47,174 bases of DNA from a virus. Taxonomy: Duplodnaviria > Caudoviricetes. Positions within the stretch are counted from its first letter, which is position 1; each line of letters starts with the position of its first letter. The notes beneath the pieces were generated by a model. That model was not told the DNA's origin, searched no databases, and worked only from the letters and a program-made list of their open reading frames with translations. Shown here one piece after another: positions 26,631-36,654 of the stretch. The translations under genes and the position numbers were made by a program. The stretch covers positions 1 through 47,174 of IMG/VR virus record IMGVR_UViG_3300037511_000504. One strand, 5' to 3'.

Positions 26631-26805
26631 CACGAAGCAGCCCATGACCATCGCTGGTAAGGTCGATGTCATACAGCGCCTCATGGAGGCGTGGGAGGCC
26701 GGGGAGTTCCATCCCGAGTACAGCCGCGACCAGATGCACCAGAAGGTCCTGGACTTCCTGGAGCACGGCGAGTTGGCGCTACTAGAGCCGGAGGGCTCGG
26801 CATGA
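26620..26805 (+). CDS. Hypothetical protein
   Basis: GGAGG SD; overlaps terL and portal. Confidence 0.55.
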   Translation: MSTDTKQPMTIAGKVDVIQRLMEAWEAGEFHPEYSRDQMHQKVLDFLEHGELALLEPEGSA

Positions 26806-28865
26806 AATCTGAGCCCGCCGTCTACTTCGCCAACCTGGAGGGCCGCGAGCTCACCGCCGCGCTCATGGACAGAGTGAAGACGTACCAGACGCACATCATC
26901 AACAGCGGCTACTGGTACCTCGGGGCCAAGTCCGTCCAGTTCACTAAGGGCCTGGACAGCCGCGGCTACTCCTCCATGGAACTCCGCCGGCGCGGCCCGC
27001 GCGGTGAGTACACCGGCGTGAAGGTGCCGCAGTACGCCAGCCTCTTCATGACCTTCATGAGCCAGCTCACCGGCCAGCGCATCGTCTTCGAGCCAAAGCC
27101 TGGCTCCGAGGACTGGCAGGCCAGCGAGCAAGCCAGGAGGGCCAAGGGCGTGCTCACGGACGCCTTGGACAAGGGCCTGGAGGCGGTGCTGCTCAAGGCC
27201 TCCCACATCTCAGCGAAGCAGGGCATGGCCTGGACGGCGGTGGATTTCGATCCCCACGCCGGCCCCGCCGCCATCCCGGATCCGGAGACCGGCGCACCCA
27301 TTCGCTCGGGAGAGATGACGCACCGAGCCTACGGCCCAGGGAACTGCGCCTTCGACATCGAGGCGCGCGGCGAGGCGGACGTGCACTGGGTGGTGCTCAA
27401 GCGCTGGGAGGTGGCGCACGATCTCGCGGCCTCCTTCCCCGACAGGGCGGATGAGATCCTCCGCGCCGTGGGCGGCAGTGACGTGGACGGCGAGACGGAC
27501 ATGCAGGACATCGTCCTCCAGGGCCATCGTGGCGCCGGATTGCAGCGCGGGCGCGTGGCTGTCTATGAGTTCCGGCACGACGCCACACCAGCCTGTCCGG
27601 CCGGCCGGATCGCCTGGTTCCTTGGTACCGGAGAGCTCCTCTTCGCCGATGAACTGCCCTTCATGGACGAGAGCGGGCACAGGCGTATGTGCGTGCGCCG
27701 ATTCGCCCTCCTCGACATCGACGATACGGCGTTTGGCTTCAGCCCCATGTGGCTCCTGATGGCAATGCAGGAGACGCTGGACATGCTCAAGTCCATCGAG
27801 GTGACGAACTACCGAGCGCACGGCGCGGGCGTCATCCTCAACCCCCGCGGCTCGGACATCACCCCCCGGAAGATCGCCGCGGGCCTGAGTGTCATCGAGC
27901 ACACCCCGGGGCTGGAGCCCAAGGCCCTCAACTTCACCACCCAGCCCCCGGACTTGGCCGGAAGCCAGGAGCGCACGGTGGAGACGATGAGGACGACGAT
28001 CAACGTCTCCTCCATCGCACAGGGCGCCCCGCCCGCCTCGCTGAAGTCCGGCTCCGCCCTGCTCTTCGTCCAGGCCACCACCGCGCAGGGCATGCAGCTG
28101 TACCTCAACCAGATGGCGGCCCATCATGAGGGCGTGGCCTCGGACTACCTGCTGGTCTTCTCCATCTTCGTCCAGCTTGAGCGGGCAGTAACGGTGTCCG
28201 GGGAGGCGTCCGACCGTATTGACATGGTGCGCGGGGTGGACGTGGCTGGCATCTCCAAGGTGAAGCTGGATCTGGGGAACCCTCTCACCCGATCTCTCGC
28301 TGGACAGGTGCAGATCGGCCAGGACCTGCTCACCCAGCAGCTCGTCACGAAAGAGGAGTACCTGGAGATCGTCAACGGCGGCGGCATCCAGAAGATCCTG
28401 GACCCGGCCACCAAGCGCGGCATCCTGGTGGAGCAGGAGAACGCCATGCTCCGTGAGGGCAAGGTGCCGCTCGTGAGCCCCACGGATCTGCACCCGTACC
28501 ACATGCAGCGGCACGCCGCGGAACTGGACAGCCAGCAGGCCCGGCTGAACCCAGCCATCCGCTCCGCCGTGCTCCAGCACCTGCGGCAGCACCACCAGGC
28601 CTGGATGCAGGCCACGATGATGAACCCGGGGCTCCTGGAGGGCCTGAACATCCCGCTCATGCAGACGGCCATGGGGATGATGGGCGCACCGCCCCCAGGG
28701 GCTCAAGGCGAGGACGGCGGCGCCGCGCCAGCGGCCCTCTCCGGCAACGCCTTCGACGGACCCCCGGACGGCGGGCGGATGCCGAGCCCCCCACGCCTTC
28801 CTCCCGGTGCGGCTATGGCGACGGGTCAGAACCCCGCCGCGCCGGGGCCGGGTGGGGCTCAGTGA
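26802..28865 (+). CDS. Portal protein
   Basis: Follows TerL; ~687 aa; SGSAL motif and Gln/Pro/Gly-rich tail typical of P22-like portals. Confidence 0.8.
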   Translation: MKSEPAVYFANLEGRELTAALMDRVKTYQTHIINSGYWYLGAKSVQFTKGLDSRGYSSMELRRRGPRGEYTGVKVPQYASLFMTFMSQLTGQRIVFEPKPGSEDWQASEQARRAKGVLTDALDKGLEAVLLKASHISAKQGMAWTAVDFDPHAGPAAIPDPETGAPIRSGEMTHRAYGPGNCAFDIEARGEADVHWVVLKRWEVAHDLAASFPDRADEILRAVGGSDVDGETDMQDIVLQGHRGAGLQRGRVAVYEFRHDATPACPAGRIAWFLGTGELLFADELPFMDESGHRRMCVRRFALLDIDDTAFGFSPMWLLMAMQETLDMLKSIEVTNYRAHGAGVILNPRGSDITPRKIAAGLSVIEHTPGLEPKALNFTTQPPDLAGSQERTVETMRTTINVSSIAQGAPPASLKSGSALLFVQATTAQGMQLYLNQMAAHHEGVASDYLLVFSIFVQLERAVTVSGEASDRIDMVRGVDVAGISKVKLDLGNPLTRSLAGQVQIGQDLLTQQLVTKEEYLEIVNGGGIQKILDPATKRGILVEQENAMLREGKVPLVSPTDLHPYHMQRHAAELDSQQARLNPAIRSAVLQHLRQHHQAWMQATMMNPGLLEGLNIPLMQTAMGMMGAPPPGAQGEDGGAAPAALSGNAFDGPPDGGRMPSPPRLPPGAAMATGQNPAAPGPGGAQ

Positions 28866-30193
28866 CCCAGCTTCTCCAGCGACTCTCGGGCGAACCTGTA
28901 GGGGTTGTGCACGTTCTCCAGCGCGATCTGCTCGACTACGACAAGGAGCGCGGCAGCGCGCTCTTCCAGTCTCTTCATCCGCTCCGAGACGGGGTCTGGC
29001 TGCGTGCCATCCAGCGCAGCAGCGATGATGGTCTGAACAGCGCCAGCCATGGTGTCTGGACTCATGGCCTCAACCAACGACGCCACCCGCCTGAGGGCGG
29101 TCTCCAGTCTTCTCAGTTGCTCGATGACTGCGGGCCCAGCTGGATGGGAGAACCTGCCAGCGAGCGCCTCCGAGGCGATGCGCTCGATCTCCGCGACGGT
29201 ATCCATCGTGCTGCGCTCCTGTTCCGAGGAGTGTCGCTCCACCTCGCCATGGATGGCGCTGAGAGCCTCCTCCAGCCTCTTCATCCGCTTCAGCAGCGCG
29301 TCGCCTGGGTGGAATTTGGCGAGAACGCGCTGTGCGGCAGCCTCGGCGGGCCGTCGCTCGAAGTCTGGGCCCCAGAGAACAGCAAACAACGAGCGAAGTT
29401 CTACGGTGAGTGCCGCGTTGTCCGCGAGAACGGCCTCACACTCGTCCGTAACCCTGGTTACGATCTGCATTGTCTCATTGTCCGTGCGTCGAAGTTCGGC
29501 CGCTGCCTCGTCCCGTTCCTTGCGCGCGTTCTCCAGCGACTTCTCCAGGTCGGAGATGTGCTGCTCCAGTTCGGACGCGCGCTGAATCAGGCCCTGCCGA
29601 TCCTCGCTGCATTGCTGAGCCGCGGCCTTCCACATGCCACCGTTGGTCGAGGTCTTCTCCGCCTCCAGGTCGGAGACACGCTGAGTCAGGGTGATGACAT
29701 CCTCGCGGTGTCGGCTGTATTCGGCAGCACCAACCACATCGTCCTTGGCGAGCTCGGCCTCCAGGGCCGCGATGCGGGCGCCTTGGGCCTCCATGTGCCC
29801 CAGCAGCTCATCTGCCTGCTCCGCGAACCATCCTGGGCTGTCCTCGGCGTGCGCCTTGAGGTCGGCGAACCGCTCTGCCGTCATAGTCCCGCCGCGCGCC
29901 GCGAGCAGTTCGGCGGTCGAGGACATGACCGCCTCGATCACGCCGAGTTCGACCGCGCGCATCCCAGCGTTGACGGCAGCAGCAACGCACCGAGCGGTGT
30001 TTTCATCAGACCAATTCACGTTGTTGGAGCCTCCGTGCTCTGGGGTGATGCGGCGCCCATCTGGCGGAACGTACGACGCCGGGTCATTCACTTCTTTGAG
30101 ACACTCATCGCAGACGCGGTGCCACGTCACCTCACGCAGCACCGCTTCATGGGTCGCTGGCTGCTTGCAGCAGCGGTTGCACATCTTGGACAT
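28859..30193 (-). CDS. Modular coiled-coil protein inserted antisense in the head module
   Basis: GGAGGTTCC RBS before ATG 30193; N-terminal Cys motif; repeated R(M/L)(K/R)RLE units. Confidence 0.7.
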   Translation of the reverse strand: MSKMCNRCCKQPATHEAVLREVTWHRVCDECLKEVNDPASYVPPDGRRITPEHGGSNNVNWSDENTARCVAAAVNAGMRAVELGVIEAVMSSTAELLAARGGTMTAERFADLKAHAEDSPGWFAEQADELLGHMEAQGARIAALEAELAKDDVVGAAEYSRHREDVITLTQRVSDLEAEKTSTNGGMWKAAAQQCSEDRQGLIQRASELEQHISDLEKSLENARKERDEAAAELRRTDNETMQIVTRVTDECEAVLADNAALTVELRSLFAVLWGPDFERRPAEAAAQRVLAKFHPGDALLKRMKRLEEALSAIHGEVERHSSEQERSTMDTVAEIERIASEALAGRFSHPAGPAVIEQLRRLETALRRVASLVEAMSPDTMAGAVQTIIAAALDGTQPDPVSERMKRLEERAAALLVVVEQIALENVHNPYRFARESLEKLGH

Positions 30194-30255
30194 GTCGGAA
30201 CCTCCGCGCACACCGCCATGGCGTGCTGAGAGGCTTATACCACAGGGAGGAAACC

Positions 30256-31299
30256 ATGGCAGCAGAAACACCCACCGCACCCGCCGCCCCGGCGCAGACG
30301 GCAGCGCCCGAAGCGCAGCCTCCGGGCCAGTCCAGCCACCACTCGCAGCGCCAGCCCCGGGATGAGGCACAGCGCTTCGCTGGACCGCCAGCGCAGGGGG
30401 CGGTTGCTGAGTCCCAGGCGCAGAACGCGGTGTCGAGGCGCAAGTTCGTCTTCGTCGAGGAGGGCAAGGAGGTGGTAGAGGAACTCGACGACGCCGAGAT
30501 CGAGCAGCGGATCCGCGCCGAGCGCAACCGCCGATACCTCGACAAGACGGCCACCCAGAAGCTCCAGCGCGCGGGGGAGATAGCCAAGAAGGCCCAGACA
30601 TCGGAGGAGGTCGCGCAGGCGCTCGCCACCGGGGATGCCACGAGAATCCGAGCCTACTTCGAGCAGCAGAAGAAGGACCCGGCCGAGGCCCTTGCGGTGG
30701 TCTTGGAGGCCATCCTCGCCGAGAAAGAGATGAGCCCAGAGCAGAAGGAGTTGGCCGCAACCAAGGCCCAGCTCGCCGCCCTGGAGGAGGAGAAGCGTAG
30801 GAACCAGGAAGACGGCGAGGTGCGCGCCTTCCAGGCCCGGATGGATCAAATCCGACCCGAGGTTCAGCGCGTCTGGAGCCATGCCCTGAGCCAGGAGAAC
30901 CTCCCCAAGACTGAGGCCATGCTGGAGAAGTCGGCCGAGATCTTCCTGTCCGCCCTGGCCGAGGGGGCGCGGCTCGCGCCCGAACAGGTGGCGGAGCTAA
31001 CCCGGCTCGAGCTGGTGGAGGCCCAGAAGGGGCTCGTGGAGAGCATGGACCCGGCCCACCTCTTCCAGCACTTCCCGGGGGCCCTGAGGAAGCTCGACGA
31101 GATCCTCTCGCCGGAGGAGTTCGAGCAGCGCCTCCCGAAGCTGGCAAAGCGCTACTGGGCGCACCTCGCGGCCAAGGTGCGCGGCGCCGCCCGTCGCGGG
31201 CAGCAGCCGCAGACGGCCCAGGCGCCGCGCCAGCCAACGAGGACGGAGCAGGACGGCGGCACGCTGGATCCCTACCTCCAGGGGAAGCTGAGGCGGTAG
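30256..31299 (+). CDS. Capsid scaffolding protein
   Basis: Charged helical protein directly before the capsid gene; GGGAGG SD. Confidence 0.7.
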   Translation: MAAETPTAPAAPAQTAAPEAQPPGQSSHHSQRQPRDEAQRFAGPPAQGAVAESQAQNAVSRRKFVFVEEGKEVVEELDDAEIEQRIRAERNRRYLDKTATQKLQRAGEIAKKAQTSEEVAQALATGDATRIRAYFEQQKKDPAEALAVVLEAILAEKEMSPEQKELAATKAQLAALEEEKRRNQEDGEVRAFQARMDQIRPEVQRVWSHALSQENLPKTEAMLEKSAEIFLSALAEGARLAPEQVAELTRLELVEAQKGLVESMDPAHLFQHFPGALRKLDEILSPEEFEQRLPKLAKRYWAHLAAKVRGAARRGQQPQTAQAPRQPTRTEQDGGTLDPYLQGKLRR

Positions 31300-31445
31300 G
31301 AGTTGCAAATGACCGTAGGTCAACGGTAGGGTTGTGCCTGTAGGCCCGAAGGCAGTACCCGGACCGGAGTCCCGCTGGGACCAGACCGGAGAGGGGAACG
31401 GAAGGCCAGAAGCCCCTTCTCTTCTCTTTCTCTGGAGTCCCAGCG

Positions 31446-32933
31446 ATGCCTGTACCCAGCGACAACTACGCGCTCTGGAATGGCAAGTTCAACGATGCGA
31501 TGAAGTCCGTGTACGCCAAGGGTGGCGTCCAGAACCTGTGGAGCAGCGACACCCCCTTTCTGAAGACGATCGGTGGCATGTCCAACAGCCCCGACATCAA
31601 GCAGGAGGGCACCGGCTTCATCTTCCCACTCAGCCACAACTTCAGCCAGGGCCACAGCTACCACGCCCGCGGCTCCGGCGTGGTGCCCTTCCGGCCAGCG
31701 CGCCCCGGCAAGGTGAAGAAGGCCACCGTCACCTCCACTCAGCACATGCACCGCATCAGCACGGACTGGGAGTCCATCGAGCGCGCCGGCCAGTCCCAGG
31801 CGCCAGAGGCAGCCTTCGAGGCGCTCGCTGGACGGCTCCTGACGGAGATGAAGTTCGGCACGATGGCACGCGTGGAGGAAAGCATCCTCTACGATGGCAC
31901 GTCCCTGGCGGCCTTCGTGGGTGGCGCCAACACCGTCTCCATCGCCACGGAGACGATCGACGGCGTCTCCACCTCGGTCCTGAAAATCAAGGTCACCTAC
32001 GAGACGTGGGCGCTCGGTCTCTTCCTCGGCAAGGAGGGCGCCCCGTATGACTTCTACGCGCTCACCGCGGCTGGGCGGCCAACTGGCACCCGGCTGAACG
32101 ACAACGCCACGGTGACACTCGGCGATGGGTCCACCACCACCCCGCGTCCGCTCATCCTCGAGGCCATCGGGGACCCGGATACCCGAGAGCTCTGGTTCTC
32201 CGGCAACGCGACGGATCTCACCGACATCGAGACTGCCGTTGAGGCAGGCGTGAGCGGCGACTTCGGCTTGGTGTACTGGGACACGGTGGGCAACATTACC
32301 AACGGGTTGGATTGGATCATCACCAACGGCTCGGCGAGCAACTACTACGGCATCGATCCAAACCTCTCGCTGTACTACCGCGGCAACACGGCCTCGAACG
32401 ACAACAACCAGATGACGTTCGCCCGATTCAACCGCCTGCTCATGAAGCTGGTGGTGCGTGGGTTGTCTGGGTCCGACGTGAAGGCCATCGTCGGCCAGGG
32501 GGGCGAGGGCGAGCGCCTCAGTTTCATCGACGTGTGGTGCCACCCCACCACGTACATGGACCTCACCACCACGGAGCAGGGCCAGGTGCGGCACAACACC
32601 CCGAACGTGGGCCAGGAGGCAATGGCGGGCTTCACCGGCATCACCATGAACACCCAGCTGGGTCCCACCCGCTTCCACGCCTACAACCGCATCAAGCAGG
32701 GAGAGATGTTCGTCCTGCCAACCGCGCTGGTGAGCAACATCGTCGGCACCTCTATGCCCACCTTGCGCAACTGGGGCAAGAGCACCTCCGAGGCGGACAC
32801 CCAGTACTTCCGGCAGATGGAGGGCGTGACAGGGCTGGACGCGGCCATGTACGGCAACTTCGGCTACTTCGTGGACCGGCCCAGCTACTGCCTGAAGATC
32901 TCTGGCATTCGCAACAGCGACTACTCGGCGTAG
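31446..32933 (+). CDS. Major capsid protein
   Basis: Position after scaffold; 495 aa; strongly biased codons; LYDGT, NGL..II, YYGID motifs. Confidence 0.82.
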   Translation: MPVPSDNYALWNGKFNDAMKSVYAKGGVQNLWSSDTPFLKTIGGMSNSPDIKQEGTGFIFPLSHNFSQGHSYHARGSGVVPFRPARPGKVKKATVTSTQHMHRISTDWESIERAGQSQAPEAAFEALAGRLLTEMKFGTMARVEESILYDGTSLAAFVGGANTVSIATETIDGVSTSVLKIKVTYETWALGLFLGKEGAPYDFYALTAAGRPTGTRLNDNATVTLGDGSTTTPRPLILEAIGDPDTRELWFSGNATDLTDIETAVEAGVSGDFGLVYWDTVGNITNGLDWIITNGSASNYYGIDPNLSLYYRGNTASNDNNQMTFARFNRLLMKLVVRGLSGSDVKAIVGQGGEGERLSFIDVWCHPTTYMDLTTTEQGQVRHNTPNVGQEAMAGFTGITMNTQLGPTRFHAYNRIKQGEMFVLPTALVSNIVGTSMPTLRNWGKSTSEADTQYFRQMEGVTGLDAAMYGNFGYFVDRPSYCLKISGIRNSDYSA

Positions 32934-32995
32934 CCCCAGCCGCTGACGCTCACCGCCCCGGGCTGGAGGAGCCGGGGCCTTCCTTCGAGGCTGGA

Positions 32996-34453
32996 ATGAC
33001 GGCACACACGACGCAGCTCACTCTCACCTCGGTGGATGACGAGGTGCCAGCCACGGCCCGCTTCAGCCTCGACAAGGGGCTGGCACTCCGCGAGCTGGCG
33101 GACCACCTCACAGCGCTTTCCGCCGGGCGCCGCGTCGGCACCGTGGCTGTCGTCCGTGACGACGGCGACTCCGTGGCCGCGAGCGGCTACGTGGCGGTGT
33201 CCGGCGCCTCGAACGGCACCGCAGCAACGGGCTCCTACGCCCTCTCCGGGGTTGGCGGGACAGCCGCCACAGGCTCCTACACACTCTCTGGCGTTGGCGG
33301 CACGGCGGCGAGCAACACCGTCACCCTGGCTGGCAGCGCGGGGGATGTCGAAATCATCGTGGATGGCACGAGTCCTGGGGAAATCCCCTTCAACACCAAC
33401 GACACCACGTCCGCTGCCGACTTCGTGACGCAGTGGAACGCCAACCCCACGGCGTTCGCCAAGGCCACGGCCTCCAGCGCGGGAGCGGTGATCACGATGA
33501 CGTGGAACGCGAAGGGGACGGTGGGCAACGCGAAGACCATCACCGCCTCCCGCACGGCTGGCACCGCCACCGTGGGCGGGAACGGCACCACCCTTGGGGG
33601 CGGGGCGCAGGGCAGCGTCGGGACCACCATCGCCGGAACGCTCGTCACCACGGACACCACCAACCTGAGCGACACCGCTGCTGCAACCGCTGTCGCAGCG
33701 GCCATCGAGGCGAACGGGACCATCGGCTCGCAGATCGCGGCCGTGGGCAATGCCGCCGTCGTGGAGCTTACCTGGAGCACGAAGGGCACGGTGGGCAATG
33801 CCGTCACGCTCGCGGTCGGCACGTCCGCTACGGGCACAGCCACGCGCTCAGGGGCTACGCTCACAGGCGGGGCCCAGGGGGCCGTCACGGTGGTCATCAA
33901 CGGCACCAGCGTGGGCCCGGTGAACACCACCAACCTCTCCGACACGGCCTCCGCTACTGCGATTGCTGCCGCCATCGAGGCCAATGGCACCCTGGGGCCG
34001 CTCCTGGTGGCCGTGGGAAGCACCACCAACGTGAGCCTCACCTGGGGCACGCGTGGCACCGTGGGCAACGCCGTGACGCTCGCAGCTGGTGTGTCGGCCA
34101 CCGGCACGGCCACGCGCAGCGGCGCCACCCTCTCAGGCGGCGCGGACACATCAGTCACTGTCACGATCAACGGCGTTGGCACCGTCATCAACACCACCAC
34201 CACGTCCACGGACGCGGGTGTCGCTACCGCCATCGCGGCCGGGCTGGAGGCGAGCGCCAACGCGCTGGTGCAGGGCGTGGTGACAGCTGAGGTGGATGAG
34301 GACGACGCCACGAAGGTGAACATCACCGCCGACGCCAAGGGCAAGAGCGGAAACTGGGTCACCCTCTCCGTCACCGGCACCGGCCTCAGCGCGAGCGGTA
34401 CACGCCTCACGGGCGGCACCGCAGACTCCACCGCCGTCACCGTCACCTTCTGA
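32996..34453 (+). CDS. Thr/Gly/Ala-rich virion decoration/fibre protein with four nested domains
   Basis: Four AA(S/T)-led beta-strands followed by four ~90-aa bodies (DT..A...AA.I.A...(K/R)GT.GN...L.GG). Confidence 0.75.
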   Translation: MTAHTTQLTLTSVDDEVPATARFSLDKGLALRELADHLTALSAGRRVGTVAVVRDDGDSVAASGYVAVSGASNGTAATGSYALSGVGGTAATGSYTLSGVGGTAASNTVTLAGSAGDVEIIVDGTSPGEIPFNTNDTTSAADFVTQWNANPTAFAKATASSAGAVITMTWNAKGTVGNAKTITASRTAGTATVGGNGTTLGGGAQGSVGTTIAGTLVTTDTTNLSDTAAATAVAAAIEANGTIGSQIAAVGNAAVVELTWSTKGTVGNAVTLAVGTSATGTATRSGATLTGGAQGAVTVVINGTSVGPVNTTNLSDTASATAIAAAIEANGTLGPLLVAVGSTTNVSLTWGTRGTVGNAVTLAAGVSATGTATRSGATLSGGADTSVTVTINGVGTVINTTTTSTDAGVATAIAAGLEASANALVQGVVTAEVDEDDATKVNITADAKGKSGNWVTLSVTGTGLSASGTRLTGGTADSTAVTVTF

Positions 34454-34460
34454 GGAGCCC

Positions 34461-34766
34461 ATGCCCTTCGACTTCAAGCCCAGCGAGAAGAAGCCCCAAG
34501 ACTATGGCGGTAGCCCCTTCAAGGCCCTCATGGCCGAGGTGAAGGAGTTCGGGGCCCAGCGGCGCCAGCACAACATGCGGCGCTACATGGGCCTGGAGAA
34601 GGACGAGCAGCCCGCCACGGGCCCCATGGGCGACATGGAGCCGACCACGCCCGTGTCCCCCGAGGAGTGTGAGGCCTGCAAGGCGGGCACCTGCGACGAT
34701 CCGGAGCACATGGACGAGGAGCAGAAGGGGAAGATGCTCGCCATCCTCCTGCCCGGCGGGGAGTAG
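34461..34766 (+). CDS. Hypothetical late protein
   Basis: GAGGAG SD. Confidence 0.65.
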   Translation: MPFDFKPSEKKPQDYGGSPFKALMAEVKEFGAQRRQHNMRRYMGLEKDEQPATGPMGDMEPTTPVSPEECEACKAGTCDDPEHMDEEQKGKMLAILLPGGE

Positions 34767-34769
34767 TCC

Positions 34770-35705
34770 ATGGCGCGCTACGACACCACCCAGCTGGCGA
34801 ACACCGTCATCCGGGACGCGAAGATCCCCACTGGTTCATCCTACCGCTCGAGCAACAACGAGAAGATCCTGGCCATCGCCACGGAGGAGCAGGAGGCCAC
34901 GGTGGTGCCAGAGCTCATCAAGGTGTCGGGCGGACACCTCATGGCCTACGCGGACTCCACACTGGTGGCCTCTACCATCCGTTACCGCCTGCCGGAGCGG
35001 GCCATCCGCCCCGAGCGCGTGGTTGTGGTGAACTCTGCCGGGAAGCTCATCTCCCGCCTGCCGCTGGCCTCGGGGGACATGGTGGATGAGGTGCTGGCGG
35101 GCTTCATGCCGCGTGGGGACGCGATCGGCTACTGGACCCCGGAGAACAACCACGCGGTGGTGGCGCTCCGGGACAGCATCCTCCAAAGCGGCTACTCGTT
35201 GCGCATCTACTACCGGCGGCAGCCGAACGCGCTGGTTGCCACATCAGACTGTTGGGTGGTGACGCTCGTCACCCCAGGAAGCCCCACCTACGAGCTTGGA
35301 CCAATCAACGCTGGTGATGCCTCCCACGACACGACGGAGGGGACGCTGTATGACGTGCTCGTGCCGCACCCAGCCTTCGAGACGCGCTTCGAAGACCAGC
35401 TGAACGCCGCCACTGCCACAGACCAGCTCGGCATAGTGTCCGAGCCAGCCATCCAGGTGGGAGATTACATCGCCGCAGCTGGCTACACGCCCGTGCCCCA
35501 ACTCCCCGTGGCCTTCCACGCCGTGCTCGCGGCCCTCACTACGGCCCGCGTGCTCCGGGAAATGGGCAACACCCGGGCGGCGGACTTGGCTCAGGCGGCG
35601 GCGGACCGGAAGCTTCAGTCCGCGCTCACCACCATCACCCCTCGCGGGGATGATGCGGAGACCGCTGTGGACGAGGTGTGGCTGGAGAACTCGCGTGGGT
35701 GGTGA
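34770..35705 (+). CDS. Head-tail adaptor (tail tubular protein A-like)
   Basis: Position; YRLPER...; IYYRRQP; PQLPVAFHAVLA. Confidence 0.65.
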   Translation: MARYDTTQLANTVIRDAKIPTGSSYRSSNNEKILAIATEEQEATVVPELIKVSGGHLMAYADSTLVASTIRYRLPERAIRPERVVVVNSAGKLISRLPLASGDMVDEVLAGFMPRGDAIGYWTPENNHAVVALRDSILQSGYSLRIYYRRQPNALVATSDCWVVTLVTPGSPTYELGPINAGDASHDTTEGTLYDVLVPHPAFETRFEDQLNAATATDQLGIVSEPAIQVGDYIAAAGYTPVPQLPVAFHAVLAALTTARVLREMGNTRAADLAQAAADRKLQSALTTITPRGDDAETAVDEVWLENSRGW

Positions 35706-35855
35706 CCGGGGCCGCCCGATGACACCTGCCACAGCGCCGCGCTACCGCCGGGGCAGGCGGAAGTTGCTCTCTCTCGTCCACGGCGCCGCATAGCGACTTC
35801 GCGGCCGGGCCGAATGCATGCGCCCGTCCGCTCGGCGACATCTTCCACTGGACGA

Positions 35856-36137
35856 TCATGTCCGCCCCGTCTGCCTGTGCGGCCGCCACTCTGGCCCATC
35901 CCAACGCCAATATCCCGAGGGTGCCACCCTCTCAATGACCGCCGCGACGAACTGGAGGCGGTACACCTCGATCCCGGACTCATACTCCCCGGTATCCATG
36001 TTGCGGAGCAACCGTGGTACATGAAGTTCGGTTCCGCGTCGTGGCCCAGCGTCAGGGCATGATGGGTCCGGACACGGCAGATGCGGCTCGATACGGCCGA
36101 TGTGCTCACAGGTCATGACACAGTCCTTGGGAAGCAC
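35856..36137 (-). CDS. Hypothetical protein
   Basis: Member of a leftward accessory cassette. Confidence 0.45.
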   Translation of the reverse strand: MLPKDCVMTCEHIGRIEPHLPCPDPSCPDAGPRRGTELHVPRLLRNMDTGEYESGIEVYRLQFVAAVIERVAPSGYWRWDGPEWRPHRQTGRT

Positions 36138-36231
36138 TCAGTACACCAGAGCCGCCCGCGCGCCCGCTTGAGTAGGTGAGCGTCGAAGCCTCGGCCGCAG
36201 CCGGCGCACATCGGCGCGTAGATGAGCCCGG

Positions 36232-36654
36232 TCATGCAGCCCCTGAGATCTCGCCAAGCGCGGCCTTCCCGTCCTGGCGTCGCCTGTCACAGGTCCGGCA
36301 GATGGTCCGCCGCTTGCGCCAGAACTTGAGGTTGTCCAGCGTGGTGGTCATCAACTCGTCCACTGGCTTCATGCAGTACGTGAGGCGCGGCCCCTCGCCC
36401 GGGGAGAACCGTATGTGCACATCGTCCTGGGTGGCCTCCTCCTTCGTCGCCGCCTCGGGGCTCTTGGGCACGAACACGTACTCGTTGGGCCGTCCCCACT
36501 CGGACACACGGATGACCTTCGTCCGCCTACCCGTGGTGATGTTCTCCATCATCACCGTCCAGGGATCCGACGCGTCAGCGATACGGCGCACCGCTTTGTC
36601 GTGCTTCGTGTTCTGCCAGTGCTGACCAACCTCGGGGCGCGGCGAATGCTTCAC
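36232..36654 (-). CDS. Hypothetical protein
   Basis: GTGA coupling; C-terminal CRTC. Confidence 0.6.
   Translation of the reverse strand: MKHSPRPEVGQHWQNTKHDKAVRRIADASDPWTVMMENITTGRRTKVIRVSEWGRPNEYVFVPKSPEAATKEEATQDDVHIRFSPGEGPRLTYCMKPVDELMTTTLDNLKFWRKRRTICRTCDRRRQDGKAALGEISGAA

Noticed and set aside
30194-31465. 868-aa minus-strand ORF 28859-31465
   Set aside because: The upstream part is an antisense shadow of the scaffold gene; the real start is ATG 30193 with an RBS.
32312-32995. Programmed -1 frameshift fusing the capsid to the downstream decoration protein
   Set aside because: The -1 frame is often open in high-GC genes, I see no slippery heptamer near the capsid end, and the downstream gene has its own start at 32996.
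32996-34453. Contractile tail sheath gene
   Set aside because: Only insertion-like repeats are present. There is no sheath core, tube, baseplate or tape measure gene.
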